64,000 bases of DNA. It comes from Anaerolineales bacterium. GTDB lineage: Bacteria > Chloroflexota > Anaerolineae > Anaerolineales > E44-bin32. The stretch covers positions 7,541-71,540 of the forward strand of contig JAFGNH010000170.1 in NCBI GenBank assembly GCA_016927115.1, in the 5' to 3' direction. Of this stretch, positions 31,221 to 40,047 are shown piece after piece. Each line of letters starts with the position of its first letter. The stretch's first letter is position 1. A model generated the notes under the pieces. The model ran no database searches and was not told the DNA's origin. It worked only from the letters and a program-made list of their open reading frames with translations. The position numbers were made by a program, and so were the translations under genes.

Positions 31221-32144
31221 TCAATCACTATCCTCAAACAGCCATTCATTAAAGAAGTCAGTGATCTCCGCTTCATATTCAACCGGGCGGACCTCCGGAA
31301 TCTGGCCATGCTTTGCTTCAGGTACCGACCACCATTCCTTAGGTTCGTCCACCAGATCGTAATAGTAGCGTACCATGATGTATTCCGCATCTTCTTCTTC
31401 ATGACTGGCTATGAACATCATGGGTCTGGGAGTAATTTTCGCCAATCCTTCAACAACCCCGGAGGGATTGGTAACACCTGTACGCCAGCGGATGCCGAAC
31501 AACCCAATCCTGTACTGAAAAACAAGCCAGCGATCGTACAGGTTGTTAAATTCAGGGATATCCTCCATCACAGAAAAGCCAGGCTCTTCCGCAATAGCAG
31601 CTTTGATCTGTTCATTTTCTGCGGCAGCACGGAGTGCAATTTGCCCGCCCTGAGAAAAACCGAGGATACCTATCCGATCCTGATCCACATCCGGATATGT
31701 AGTGAGAAGATCCAGCGCTGCTCGAACATCTTCCACATCCAACCAGCCGAACGAACGCAACTCCCCTTCACTCTCACCACTGGCCCTCTGATCGTATAGA
31801 AAGACACCATAGCCATGATCCGCCAGCATCACCGCACGCCCCAGCATCTCCATCCGGTTCGCACCATACCCATGGAGCAGGATTACAGCAGCGCCATTTT
31901 TTGAAGGAATATACCAGCCTGAAAGTACCGGGCCGTCCTGTGTGGAAAACTTCACATCTTTAAAAGAGTATCCGTAGTCCAGCGGTGTGCTGCAGCAGAT
32001 CTCCCGGCGAACCGGGTTCGAGTTTGCATACACCCACATGATGTCATAGCCAGCCAGGAACAGCACCAGGCCCGATACGAGAGCAAACAACAGAAGCCGA
32101 ATCCATCGTGTACAACCTGACCTCTCTTTACCTTTTCCTTCCAT
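31221..32144 (-). CDS. membrane-anchored alpha/beta hydrolase (dienelactone hydrolase / S9-like)
   Basis: An N-terminal TM segment, then VILLHGYGANRMEM, the nucleophile elbow GILGFSQGGQIAL and a C-terminal EAKHG. Confidence 0.7.
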   Translation of the reverse strand: MEGKGKERSGCTRWIRLLLFALVSGLVLFLAGYDIMWVYANSNPVRREICCSTPLDYGYSFKDVKFSTQDGPVLSGWYIPSKNGAAVILLHGYGANRMEMLGRAVMLADHGYGVFLYDQRASGESEGELRSFGWLDVEDVRAALDLLTTYPDVDQDRIGILGFSQGGQIALRAAAENEQIKAAIAEEPGFSVMEDIPEFNNLYDRWLVFQYRIGLFGIRWRTGVTNPSGVVEGLAKITPRPMMFIASHEEEDAEYIMVRYYYDLVDEPKEWWSVPEAKHGQIPEVRPVEYEAEITDFFNEWLFEDSD

Positions 32145-32311
32145 TGAAATACCTTTCCATAATGACCGGGAGGTGTGAGAAACAACACCGTTTTTTCACA
32201 CCCGGAAGGGATCAACACTGACATGAATATGACATGGTTTTGCTGTTTGCTGCGGTAGTTCAATCTGCGATACTCTGATTCATCCCTGGATTGGATATAA
32301 AATACATGCTC

Positions 32312-33250
32312 TTAATGAATACTGCGGATTTCAGCCTCATAGGCCTTCAGAATTCGCAGCGCCAGCAGTGTATTCCAGCGGCCAGGTTTGCGAGGTGTTT
32401 CCATTATCAGATGGGTAGCACCAGGATGAGCTGCCTCCGCCCGCCAGTAGCCTTCAGGTGTGCGTTTTGCGAGCACAACCCCCAACGCATCCGCCATGCT
32501 CGGGTCCCATGGAGCCAGTGCCGCCTGGAAATAATCCAGAGCCCGAAGAATATTATATTTCCAGCGCGAGGGGAACGAGAACTTGAGAAACTCACGGTGA
32601 ATGACCTTACCGGTGCGGTCTGATTTGTACAATCGGTGCATGAGGAGGAACTCTTCCGCCTCCCTCGCAACCTGCTGCAGTTCCTCCACCCGGTAGCTGT
32701 AGCCATGATCCCTGTACGAAAGAATTCCTTCCAGAACAGAGATTGTTGAATGCATGGAGCTGTGATGGGCACCCGAACGATTGCGCTGACAGTTGAAACC
32801 ACCGTCCTCCATCCTCTGGCCCAGAACAAAATCCACGACAGTATGAATAGAATGTTCAGGCACATTGAAATAGCAGGCATAATTGAGGAACATACCATTG
32901 ATACACACGTCGCTCTGCTTGATCGTCTCGGATGGATTAACCCCTCCATCAGGGCCTGTATGATTATACAGAATTTGTTCGATACTGAGCCTTGCCTGCG
33001 AGTTATCGGGAGGAAGCCCGAACGTTTTCAGATCAAGTAATGTATAGTGAGAACTGGTCCATTTTGGTTGGTAGAAAGCGCGTCCCCAGGTTCCGTCAGC
33101 ATTCTGGCATTTGAGATACAGTGCACCCCATCCCTCCTGTGCGATTCTCTCCTGCAACGCCTTATCCTTTTGACCCAGCAGATCACGCTTTGTAAGGTAT
33201 TGAATAGATACATCGCCATTTAGCAGCCAGTCGATAACATCCATATTCAT
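32312..33250 (-). CDS. hypothetical protein, possible alpha/alpha-toroid (prenyltransferase/terpene-cyclase-like repeat) fold
   Basis: 312 aa with recurring xDG[TG][WVF] motifs (NADGTWG, GPDGGVNP, MEDGGFNC). No catalytic motif was recognised. Confidence 0.35.
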   Translation of the reverse strand: MNMDVIDWLLNGDVSIQYLTKRDLLGQKDKALQERIAQEGWGALYLKCQNADGTWGRAFYQPKWTSSHYTLLDLKTFGLPPDNSQARLSIEQILYNHTGPDGGVNPSETIKQSDVCINGMFLNYACYFNVPEHSIHTVVDFVLGQRMEDGGFNCQRNRSGAHHSSMHSTISVLEGILSYRDHGYSYRVEELQQVAREAEEFLLMHRLYKSDRTGKVIHREFLKFSFPSRWKYNILRALDYFQAALAPWDPSMADALGVVLAKRTPEGYWRAEAAHPGATHLIMETPRKPGRWNTLLALRILKAYEAEIRSIH

Positions 33251-33420
33251 AATTGTTTCCTTAATGGAACAAATATAAGGACTTATGATTTTTCAGAATG
33301 GAAACCGGATCCAATTTCCTGCCGCGGTCCTTCAGCATCCAGCTTCTTTTCTCGTCCATGTGGCTATTATACGTTCAGAGATAGTCGTCTCGCAAAATTC
33401 CCGGCCGTTGATTTGCATCA

Positions 33421-33460
33421 TTGTACCGGGTTATGCCGGGGGATACCGGGCCATGCCGGG
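33421..33460. repeat. four CCGGG-containing decamers in exact 10-bp phase
   Basis: ttgtACCGGG ttatGCCGGG ggatACCGGG ccatGCCGGG, inside an ~860-nt ORF-poor gap. Confidence 0.8.
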
Positions 33461-34113
33461 ACTGATAAATCCAGAAGCCGGTTTTTTTACTCCTTTATGT
33501 ACCGATCAGCTTCCGGCACAGCCTGGAGCGATTCGATCAGGCCGCGATGTTCAAAAACTGCACCCGACAGGATACCTCTCTGACCACAAGCGCAAAGTGG
33601 ATCAACTCAGGCAAGATGCATAATTTGGACTTCACTCCTTTCCTGTCTGACGTTAGAACAGCCTGGTAAAACTATGGGGCAGAAAACGGTAATCCTGTCC
33701 TATTCCTGCACAGCAATGCGTCTTCCTCAACGTTCTGGAAGGAGATCATGCTCAAACTCCCGGATGGCTTCAAAGGTGTTGCGTCAGGTCTGCACGGTTA
33801 CAGCGACACCCAGGACAAGCTGATAAACGCCACATGCGGAACAGGTGACTGGATTGACGACTTGCCCGCACCTTCTGGCGGTGCTGGAAAGACGAAATCA
33901 TGATGGCTGGAACAACTCGCTCCCCCTTTATAAAAAAAGCCGGATGAGTTCATGGATATCTTTCCCGGAATACCTGTGGAGGGCTTGCATGATCTTATGT
34001 AACGGAAACACAGTGGTGATCCTTTAGCCACTCTGTTTCTTTTTTTTAGTGAACACACCTGCATACAGGAAAGTGTTGGATGAGGGACGCCGGCTATCTA
34101 AAAAGAATGATTC

Positions 34114-34704
34114 TCAGCCAGCCAATGCGTGGAACAGGAGGAAACCGCCTGCCACGCCTGCTGCTGCTCCTATAAGCACACACACAGTATACACCTTTCG
34201 GTACAACAGATCTTTGAAGGGCTGTTGTACTTGAGGTCGCCACATCATTCCGCCGCCGAAAAGGTCCTCTCCACGCAGCAGGTTAATCACCGGAATAAGC
34301 CCCATCGGGATAAAAACCACGGCACACAGAACCCATCCCCACGCAATACCTCCACCACCAGGCGGACTGAACCCCATGATTCCAAATTGAACCCCCAGCG
34401 AAATAAACAATGCCCCCCACACTGGCACAATCAGGTTGTAACCGCCGGATCTGTTGGATGCACTGAGTGATAAACCGCCAAAAGCAAAACCGGACAGAAT
34501 AGATGCTGGAATGAGTAACGCCCAATCCGGCGCTTCCACGGCAATCTCATATGCCCCACCCGATGCCACAAATCCTCCCATTCCCATGATGACTCGACTA
34601 GCCAGATTGAGAATGGTGATAGCTGCTGCCAACCCCAGAGAGGACACAAACAATTCAATCAGCCATATTACACTGGCCTTATACCAGATCCGCTGATTAA
34701 CCAT
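34114..34704 (-). CDS. hypothetical integral membrane protein
   Basis: 196 aa with about 5-6 hydrophobic, Gly-rich helices. No family was recognised. Confidence 0.5.
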   Translation of the reverse strand: MVNQRIWYKASVIWLIELFVSSLGLAAAITILNLASRVIMGMGGFVASGGAYEIAVEAPDWALLIPASILSGFAFGGLSLSASNRSGGYNLIVPVWGALFISLGVQFGIMGFSPPGGGGIAWGWVLCAVVFIPMGLIPVINLLRGEDLFGGGMMWRPQVQQPFKDLLYRKVYTVCVLIGAAAGVAGGFLLFHALAG

Positions 34705-35084
34705 TCTTCACCTCCGTAGAATATTTTTTTGGATGAAAAAGGATAACCATTCTGAGACATCCCGCCAGAAACCAGACTCACAAGTATTAGTGAATCAACG
34801 ATGCAAGAATCCAGTATAGTAATAATCGGGAATCCTGCCAGGGTTTTTGGAAACAGAATCCGATTCAACTCCACCAATCCCCAGAAAGGCAGTACTGCCC
34901 CAACTGCTGCAGCCAGCATCTTCACCCAGAGACATTTGGATCGGAAACCGGGCAGCATAAAAGGCGTTATTCCGTGATAATCCTCGCAATCTTCTCCAGA
35001 TCGATCCTCAAGATGGCGTCCTTGCACCAGCGCAAGCAAGATCCAGGCTGCCAGTGTAACCAAACCAGTCCAGCAGCGCTCCAC
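34668..35084 (-). CDS. hypothetical membrane protein (weak call)
   Basis: 138-aa ORF with 2-3 hydrophobic segments. It overlaps the downstream ORF by 37 nt. No motif was recognised. Confidence 0.3.
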   Translation of the reverse strand: MERCWTGLVTLAAWILLALVQGRHLEDRSGEDCEDYHGITPFMLPGFRSKCLWVKMLAAAVGAVLPFWGLVELNRILFPKTLAGFPIITILDSCIVDSLILVSLVSGGMSQNGYPFSSKKIFYGGEEWLISGSGIRPV

Positions 35085-35693
35085 TGGGACCTAATCAGCC
35101 CACATCCCCCTGCACTTGTCGATAAGAGCAGCTTGCTTAGTTCCAGTTTAAAAGGGTCCCTGCGGAATATTGGAAACCAGCACAAGCTGCGATAAAAACA
35201 CTGATTTGATCTCTTTTATCAAACGCAACCGATGCCCGGTGTTCAGATATTCGATCTCCGGGCCGGATAGTAACCCGAATCTCTTCCTCGCCACACTGCT
35301 CTCCTCCCTCAACCAGCACGATGGAACACTCGGGCATCATCCATCGCTCATTCTGAATCTGACTGAATCAACCCGGGGAGAAGGTCTGATCACACTGATC
35401 AAGGATACGCTTCCGGAAATTGTGCTGATGATGAACGGCAACCTGTACTTCCTGCTCGCTCTTCTCACAGCAGTATCATTCGGCATCCTTATTGGTGTGA
35501 TCGTTGAAACGCTGCCTATCCGGCTCCTGAACCAGCGGTCATTAATCCTTATTCCGTACCTCAATAAACCGGTTTGCTCTTCACCCTGCAGAGATCTGCT
35601 TTCTTTCCCCTCCAACAAAGCTGGGTGGGAAAATCAATACGGTCCTGCTTCTGAATGGCTGAAGCACTTTCCTGTTCCCGGGGTGCCCTACAT

Positions 35694-36266
35694 CTAGCCG
35701 ATCTCACCGGATTCCAGCAGCATTTCGATCCGTTTGTAATACGTCAGATCCCGATCTTCCTTCTCCGGAAAAACTTTGGCCCCCTCATGCCAGAAGTGTT
35801 CCAACCCCCGTCCCATTTCCTTGCCCGCCTGTGTATGCATATCAATTGCGTAATCAGGAATTGTCAGAGAGATCTTGCCTGTGTTTACACTGTGGAGGAT
35901 CCAGTTGATCATTTCATCGCTGGAGCGGTCTTTCTCACAACCGCTCAGGAAACGGGCAGCGTGGACAGCAAACAATTTACGCTCTGCCACAGAACGGTCG
36001 AATTTATCCAGCATCTGAACCAGGGCATTGATAACTACCGGCGCAAGCGGATTGCCGGTACCCACATCTTCAACCGAAATTACCATGATCCGCTGCCAGA
36101 AATAGTCCTCCAGCGCCGGGCTGGTGGCAGCCATCTCGTAAGCCAGCAGTGCGGCGTTTTCCGTGTTCCCGCGCCGGATTTCCTTCTGCAGCGCAGATAT
36201 AACCTGGTCTGCAGGGAATCCGTGTACTGTTTTTACTTCGACCCAGGGATCACGTGGTTTGTTCAT
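35694..36266 (-). CDS. MgsA/RarA C-terminal-domain-like protein (stand-alone, no AAA+ module)
   Basis: DQVISALQKEIRRGNTENAALLAYEMAATSP..FWQRIMVISVEDVGTGNPLA resembles the MgsA_C signature (ISA.QKSIRGSD.DAAL.WL..M...GED...I.RRL...A.EDIGLA.P). The ATG at 36266 follows AAGGAG. Confidence 0.5.
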   Translation of the reverse strand: MNKPRDPWVEVKTVHGFPADQVISALQKEIRRGNTENAALLAYEMAATSPALEDYFWQRIMVISVEDVGTGNPLAPVVINALVQMLDKFDRSVAERKLFAVHAARFLSGCEKDRSSDEMINWILHSVNTGKISLTIPDYAIDMHTQAGKEMGRGLEHFWHEGAKVFPEKEDRDLTYYKRIEMLLESGEIG

Positions 36267-36349
36267 TGGATACTCCTTTATCAAGCCCGCCACCATATAG
36301 GCCTTCATGGCTGTAAAGCGTTCAGACACACAGTGCAATCCCTGCTATA

Positions 36350-37288
36350 TCAGGGCTGATTATGCAGCGGAAGCCCCGCGAGTTCCTGGAACCTGTTTTG
36401 ATTAACTCCCATCACGATTCTGGCAGATGCCGGCTTTCCACTGCGGTTTTTCCAATCCACCACCGTCTGACCGCGTGTGTGTTCCCCTGAAAGTTCCACA
36501 AAGAGAGCATGGTCCTCTGCCTGTTCAACGATTGTCGGCTCGAGGGCAACGGCCATCGCCAGTACATCAGCTGCATACAGAACCATCGTACTCAACTTTT
36601 CCTCCAGGAACTTCAGAACCTTGCGTGTGATTTGAAACAGGAACCTTGATTCCGGGGTATCGAAGGCACGCCATTTTTCCATGGTTTCCGGGCTGATCCC
36701 GTTTGCAACCGTGGTCTCCCAGGATACCAGCGTGTATGCAGGAAAGGCATTGAACACGATAAAAGCGGCTTCCGGGTCAGCATAGATATTGTATTCAGCA
36801 GAAAGGTTCGGCGTATTGCCATCTGCATGGATCGCCCCACCCATAATCACCAGTTCTTTGATCTTTCGGGGCAGGGACGGGTCGAGTTTGAGAGCAACTG
36901 CAATATTGGTCAGCGGCCCGAGAGTAACGAGAGTGAATTCACCCGGTTCTGCATTCGCGAGGCGCACTAGAGCCTGAGAAGCTGGTTCCGGTTCCGCCTT
37001 TCTGCTTGAAGGAGGGAACCACATATCGCCGAGTCCATCCGATCCATGGATGCTGGAGGCGTCTGATCCGGGTCGATGCATGAGTGGACCGGCACAGCCG
37101 CGGTATACCGGCACATCCGCCTTCATCAGATCCAGAACAATCTGTGCGTTGGCAGTGGTGTAATCGATACCGACATTTCCGGAAACAGTCAGAATCGCTT
37201 CAACCTGAACATCCGGGTACCGGAGAGCCAGCATGATCGCATGCGCATCATCCACACCCGGATCGGTATCAATAATCAAACGCTGCAT
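36350..37288 (-). CDS. inosine/uridine-preferring nucleoside hydrolase
   Basis: The N-terminal fingerprint RLIIDTDPGVDDAHAIMLAL, the size (312 aa) and an internal GPLTNIA. Confidence 0.85.
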   Translation of the reverse strand: MQRLIIDTDPGVDDAHAIMLALRYPDVQVEAILTVSGNVGIDYTTANAQIVLDLMKADVPVYRGCAGPLMHRPGSDASSIHGSDGLGDMWFPPSSRKAEPEPASQALVRLANAEPGEFTLVTLGPLTNIAVALKLDPSLPRKIKELVIMGGAIHADGNTPNLSAEYNIYADPEAAFIVFNAFPAYTLVSWETTVANGISPETMEKWRAFDTPESRFLFQITRKVLKFLEEKLSTMVLYAADVLAMAVALEPTIVEQAEDHALFVELSGEHTRGQTVVDWKNRSGKPASARIVMGVNQNRFQELAGLPLHNQP

Positions 37289-37574
37289 CCCTTCCTCCTT
37301 GACTCACAACAGTAGGCCCTCCATACCACTGGCCCTGTACTCTATGTATTCAAATGGATAGGGTATTGTAGCAAATCGGGAACATACAGACAAAGCGGTA
37401 GTGGCTGCCAGACGATTAAAAACCCGGTTTGAGATTGGCAGGAAATACCGTCCATACAGTTGGTTTTTTTTAAGTTCATCGTGATATTCTTTTCAATGGT
37501 TTCATTTATGATAATCATCAAAATACTTTGCAGACCCGGATAATCTTCGGATTCATCTACCAAAGAGCAATATT

Positions 37575-37949
37575 ATGCGCCGGGCAATATTAATTTTGCT
37601 GGTTACATTTCTGTGCACCTCCTGTTCAACAACTTCAGAAAATAGACAGGCAACTGTGACCAATGTCGCAGCGCAGATATACGCATCCCAAACAGCACAA
37701 GCACCCACCATAACCGTGACACCCTCAGCTCATCCAACACTCACTCATACACCAGAACCGACGCTTGCCACTGCACCAACTGCGATCTCTCAGGCAGATT
37801 TTGAAGATTTACTCATTTGCTATCAGGCTGGAACTGCGGTTATGGCAGATGCGCACTCTGCAGCCTGGCTTGCACAAAAGTATCCCCAGAAAGAAGCTCA
37901 ACTCGGTAATCCTGAAATCGCACGCTTTTTTTACCAGCAGGGCGAATAA
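37575..37949 (+). CDS. putative lipoprotein (possibly truncated by a frameshift; see findings)
   Basis: Signal peptide with lipobox MRRAILILLVTFLCTSC, then a Thr/Pro/Ala-rich linker. It overlaps a +1-frame ORF (37765..38220). Confidence 0.45.
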   Translation: MRRAILILLVTFLCTSCSTTSENRQATVTNVAAQIYASQTAQAPTITVTPSAHPTLTHTPEPTLATAPTAISQADFEDLLICYQAGTAVMADAHSAAWLAQKYPQKEAQLGNPEIARFFYQQGE

Positions 37950-38296
37950 CGAAGCACTTTCACTGATCGACTGTACCAACAACATTATGGACTTCAACTG
38001 GCTTCCAAAGTTCGGCGCCTGTGCTCCCTGGTATGAGACTATCGTGGTAACTCATATCTCTATCAACACTGTCTCCTACTCATGTATCAGATCCAACCAC
38101 CTTGCTGAGGATGTTGATATCAATCTTATCGGTCGAACAATATACAGTCTGCGATACTACCTGAGGGACACCGGCGGTATCCCGCGTGAAGCACTCGATG
38201 AGATTGAGACACTTTTCTGAGTGGCAGCGGCGCTCGAATGGGGCACACCCCGGATGCGTTTGACTTCCAATTAAGCTTCGATAGAAGGATCCGAAG

Positions 38297-38992
38297 ATGA
38301 AAACATGAATACACCTCTCTCTGCTTATCCTCCTCTTCCTGGGAGCTTGCAGCCCTTCAGCCGCAGAGGTTGAAGCGTCAATCACCCAGATCGCAGCTGA
38401 AATCCTTGCCACCGGGGAAGCACTTGCTGCTTCAGAGTCAACTTCATCTCCCCCAACCCCACTACCAACAGCCACCCTTACCCAGGTTCCTGATGCCGTC
38501 ATTTTCGGTTCTTCCAGTTTTGCCGTCAGAGAGGGACCGAATTATTCCAACGATGCCATTGTGGTAATTCCTTCCGGATCAACGCTGACAGTTATTGGAA
38601 AACGCTATGAAAGCTGGTTATTTCTGAAAGTGATCGACCCCGAATTCGGTGAAGGGTGGATAAGGAATTACGAGGACTATCTACAATTGAATCTGGATTG
38701 TGAGGAAATCCCCTTCGGCAGGGAAACGTCCTCTCATTCAGCTTGTTCAAGCATCCTTCTTCAGGATGACATTGGAAAAGAAATGTTCCATCATTCAGAG
38801 TCGTCACTCGTTCTGCCTCAGGAAAACATCGGAGCGGTTCTGCCTTCCGTGCGATCGGCAATTTTATCGGCTAAAACAAAACCGACCAATCCAGACAAGC
38901 ATGGCGGTCGGCATAATCAGTATTCTCAGCACAAACAGCGGTTCAGCGGTTATCGGTTCAACGATTATCGGTTCAATCTCCGCGCAGCATAA
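38297..38992 (+). pseudogene. lipoprotein with SH3b-like domain; in-frame TGA at codon 4 (38306..38308), so either disrupted or a non-canonical start
   Basis: GAAGGA-N7-ATG at 38297, then MKT-TGA-IHLSLLILLFLGACSPS (a canonical lipobox). The frame is continuous to 38992. VIPSGSTLTVIGKRYESWLFLKVIDPEFGEGWI is SH3b-like. Confidence 0.4.
38871..38911 (-). terminator. intrinsic terminator of the flgM-csrA operon
   Basis: Minus strand: CCGACC-(18 nt, with inner CCA/TGG pairing)-GGTCGG followed by UUUUGUUUUA, about 60 nt after the csrA stop. Confidence 0.5.
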
Positions 38993-39215
38993 TCCGGATT
39001 CGCTGCAGCGTATCATCTTTTGCTGCCATAAACTGCTTCGAAGCCGCCAGGTTCTGAACCTGTACCGCTTCAAACAACTCCTTGCGCAGAATACGCACTT
39101 CCTGCGGAGCAGCAATCCCGAGCTTGACCTTGTCCCCTTCCACGCTCAGTACGGTTACAATAATGTTATCCTGGATAACTATCCCCTCATCTGTACGCCT
39201 GGTCAGAACAAGCAT
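38973..39215 (-). CDS. csrA: carbon storage regulator CsrA (flagellar type)
   Basis: MLVLTRRTDEGIVIQDNIIVTVLSVEGDKVKLGIAAPQEVRILRKELFE. The ATG at 39215 follows AGGAGAG, and the gene lies directly after fliW. Confidence 0.9.
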   Translation of the reverse strand: MLVLTRRTDEGIVIQDNIIVTVLSVEGDKVKLGIAAPQEVRILRKELFEAVQVQNLAASKQFMAAKDDTLQRIRIMLRGD

Positions 39216-39217
39216 TG

Positions 39218-40018
39218 TTATCTCTCCTGATCCAACCCGGCTAGCTGCCCGAGGCGATAGCTGGCGGAATAACCTGAATTGGAAAGAACTACCTGCTTTC
39301 CCCACCCGGTCCGTGGATTAAAAACCAGTGGCCCCAACAGATTTACAAATACTTCAAAGGGATCATTCTGAATATTCAGAATGGAAAGCCAGTGCAGCGG
39401 TTCCCCCCCTTCTTTGTCCAGCTCACCCGACTCAACCTCTCCCCTCGAAGGCTGATAATCGGGCAGTACCTGGAAAGGATCAACCACAGCAAGCGAAACA
39501 GAACGTGATGCCAGTGGGATCAACACCCCGATCGATTCGCCTTCATACTGATAAAAAAGCAGGAATTCTTTCCATTCAGTCAATCCCAGTAGTCCATCTG
39601 GAAAAACCAACCGCTGCAGAGAGTGCAGCTCGACAGAATCTCCCGCAGCAGGTTCCTCGCGCCAGACTGCCGCTCCGCTGTTTTCCATAACGAGAGTGAC
39701 CGCCGGATTCATCCTCACCCGGCAGGAATCAGCTTCCATCTCCAGAGGTTTCCAATGAAAAACTCCCTGCTCCTCCGCCCCGGTATGCCGTTTTGCCGGT
39801 CTGCCATCCGGATTCCAGAACGTCGGATCGGTCAGAATAATCGAACGGTCCGGTCTATCTTCCATCACCAATTCAGCCAGTGGAACCAACCCGCTGATTT
39901 GCCGCAGTGTGGCTTGCCCCGCAGTGCCGTAGTCCCCCATAAGAACCGGCCCTGATATCTGCAGAACAAATTCACGGGATCCAGAGTCTGCATCCTGCAT
40001 GTGTGCTTCCTGATTCAT
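39218..40018 (-). CDS. fliW: flagellar assembly factor FliW with a ~105-aa N-terminal extension
   Basis: The C-terminal ~150 aa are FliW-like (LVFPDGLLGLTEWKEFLLF...LAVVDPFQVLPDYQP...VNLLGPLVFNPRTGWGKQVVL). The best RBS (AGGAAG) precedes the ATG at 40000. There is no RBS before the internal Met at 39688. Confidence 0.75.
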   Translation of the reverse strand: MNQEAHMQDADSGSREFVLQISGPVLMGDYGTAGQATLRQISGLVPLAELVMEDRPDRSIILTDPTFWNPDGRPAKRHTGAEEQGVFHWKPLEMEADSCRVRMNPAVTLVMENSGAAVWREEPAAGDSVELHSLQRLVFPDGLLGLTEWKEFLLFYQYEGESIGVLIPLASRSVSLAVVDPFQVLPDYQPSRGEVESGELDKEGGEPLHWLSILNIQNDPFEVFVNLLGPLVFNPRTGWGKQVVLSNSGYSASYRLGQLAGLDQER

Positions 40019-40047
40019 CCTGAATCATCTCCCGAATTATTTTTTAT

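Noticed and set aside
35085-35693. Several overlapping 60-175-aa ORFs on both strands (35170..35697 plus; 35337..35618 and 35137..35340 minus).
   Set aside because: None has a recognisable motif or convincing RBS. The minus-strand pieces are in different frames, possibly a decayed gene. The region is left unannotated rather than guessed.
38306-38308. In-frame TGA after MKT followed by a perfect lipoprotein signal peptide, raising the idea of TGA recoding (Trp, Gly or Sec).
   Set aside because: Many well-supported genes in the window terminate at TGA exactly where homologs end or where operon overlaps fix the stop (for example flgC, fliH, fliJ, the SLT gene and cheR). The standard code therefore applies. 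No SECIS-like context was evident. A sequencing error or pseudogene is more likely.
38941-38970. Direct repeat TTATCGGTTCAA x2 (minus strand TTGAACCGATAA x2), resembling tandem sigma-28 -10 boxes just downstream of csrA.
   Set aside because: There is no TAAA at the right spacing and no downstream minus-strand gene to drive before the terminator at 38871..38911. The repeat lies in the tail of the plus-strand lipoprotein ORF (..GYRFNDYRFN..).
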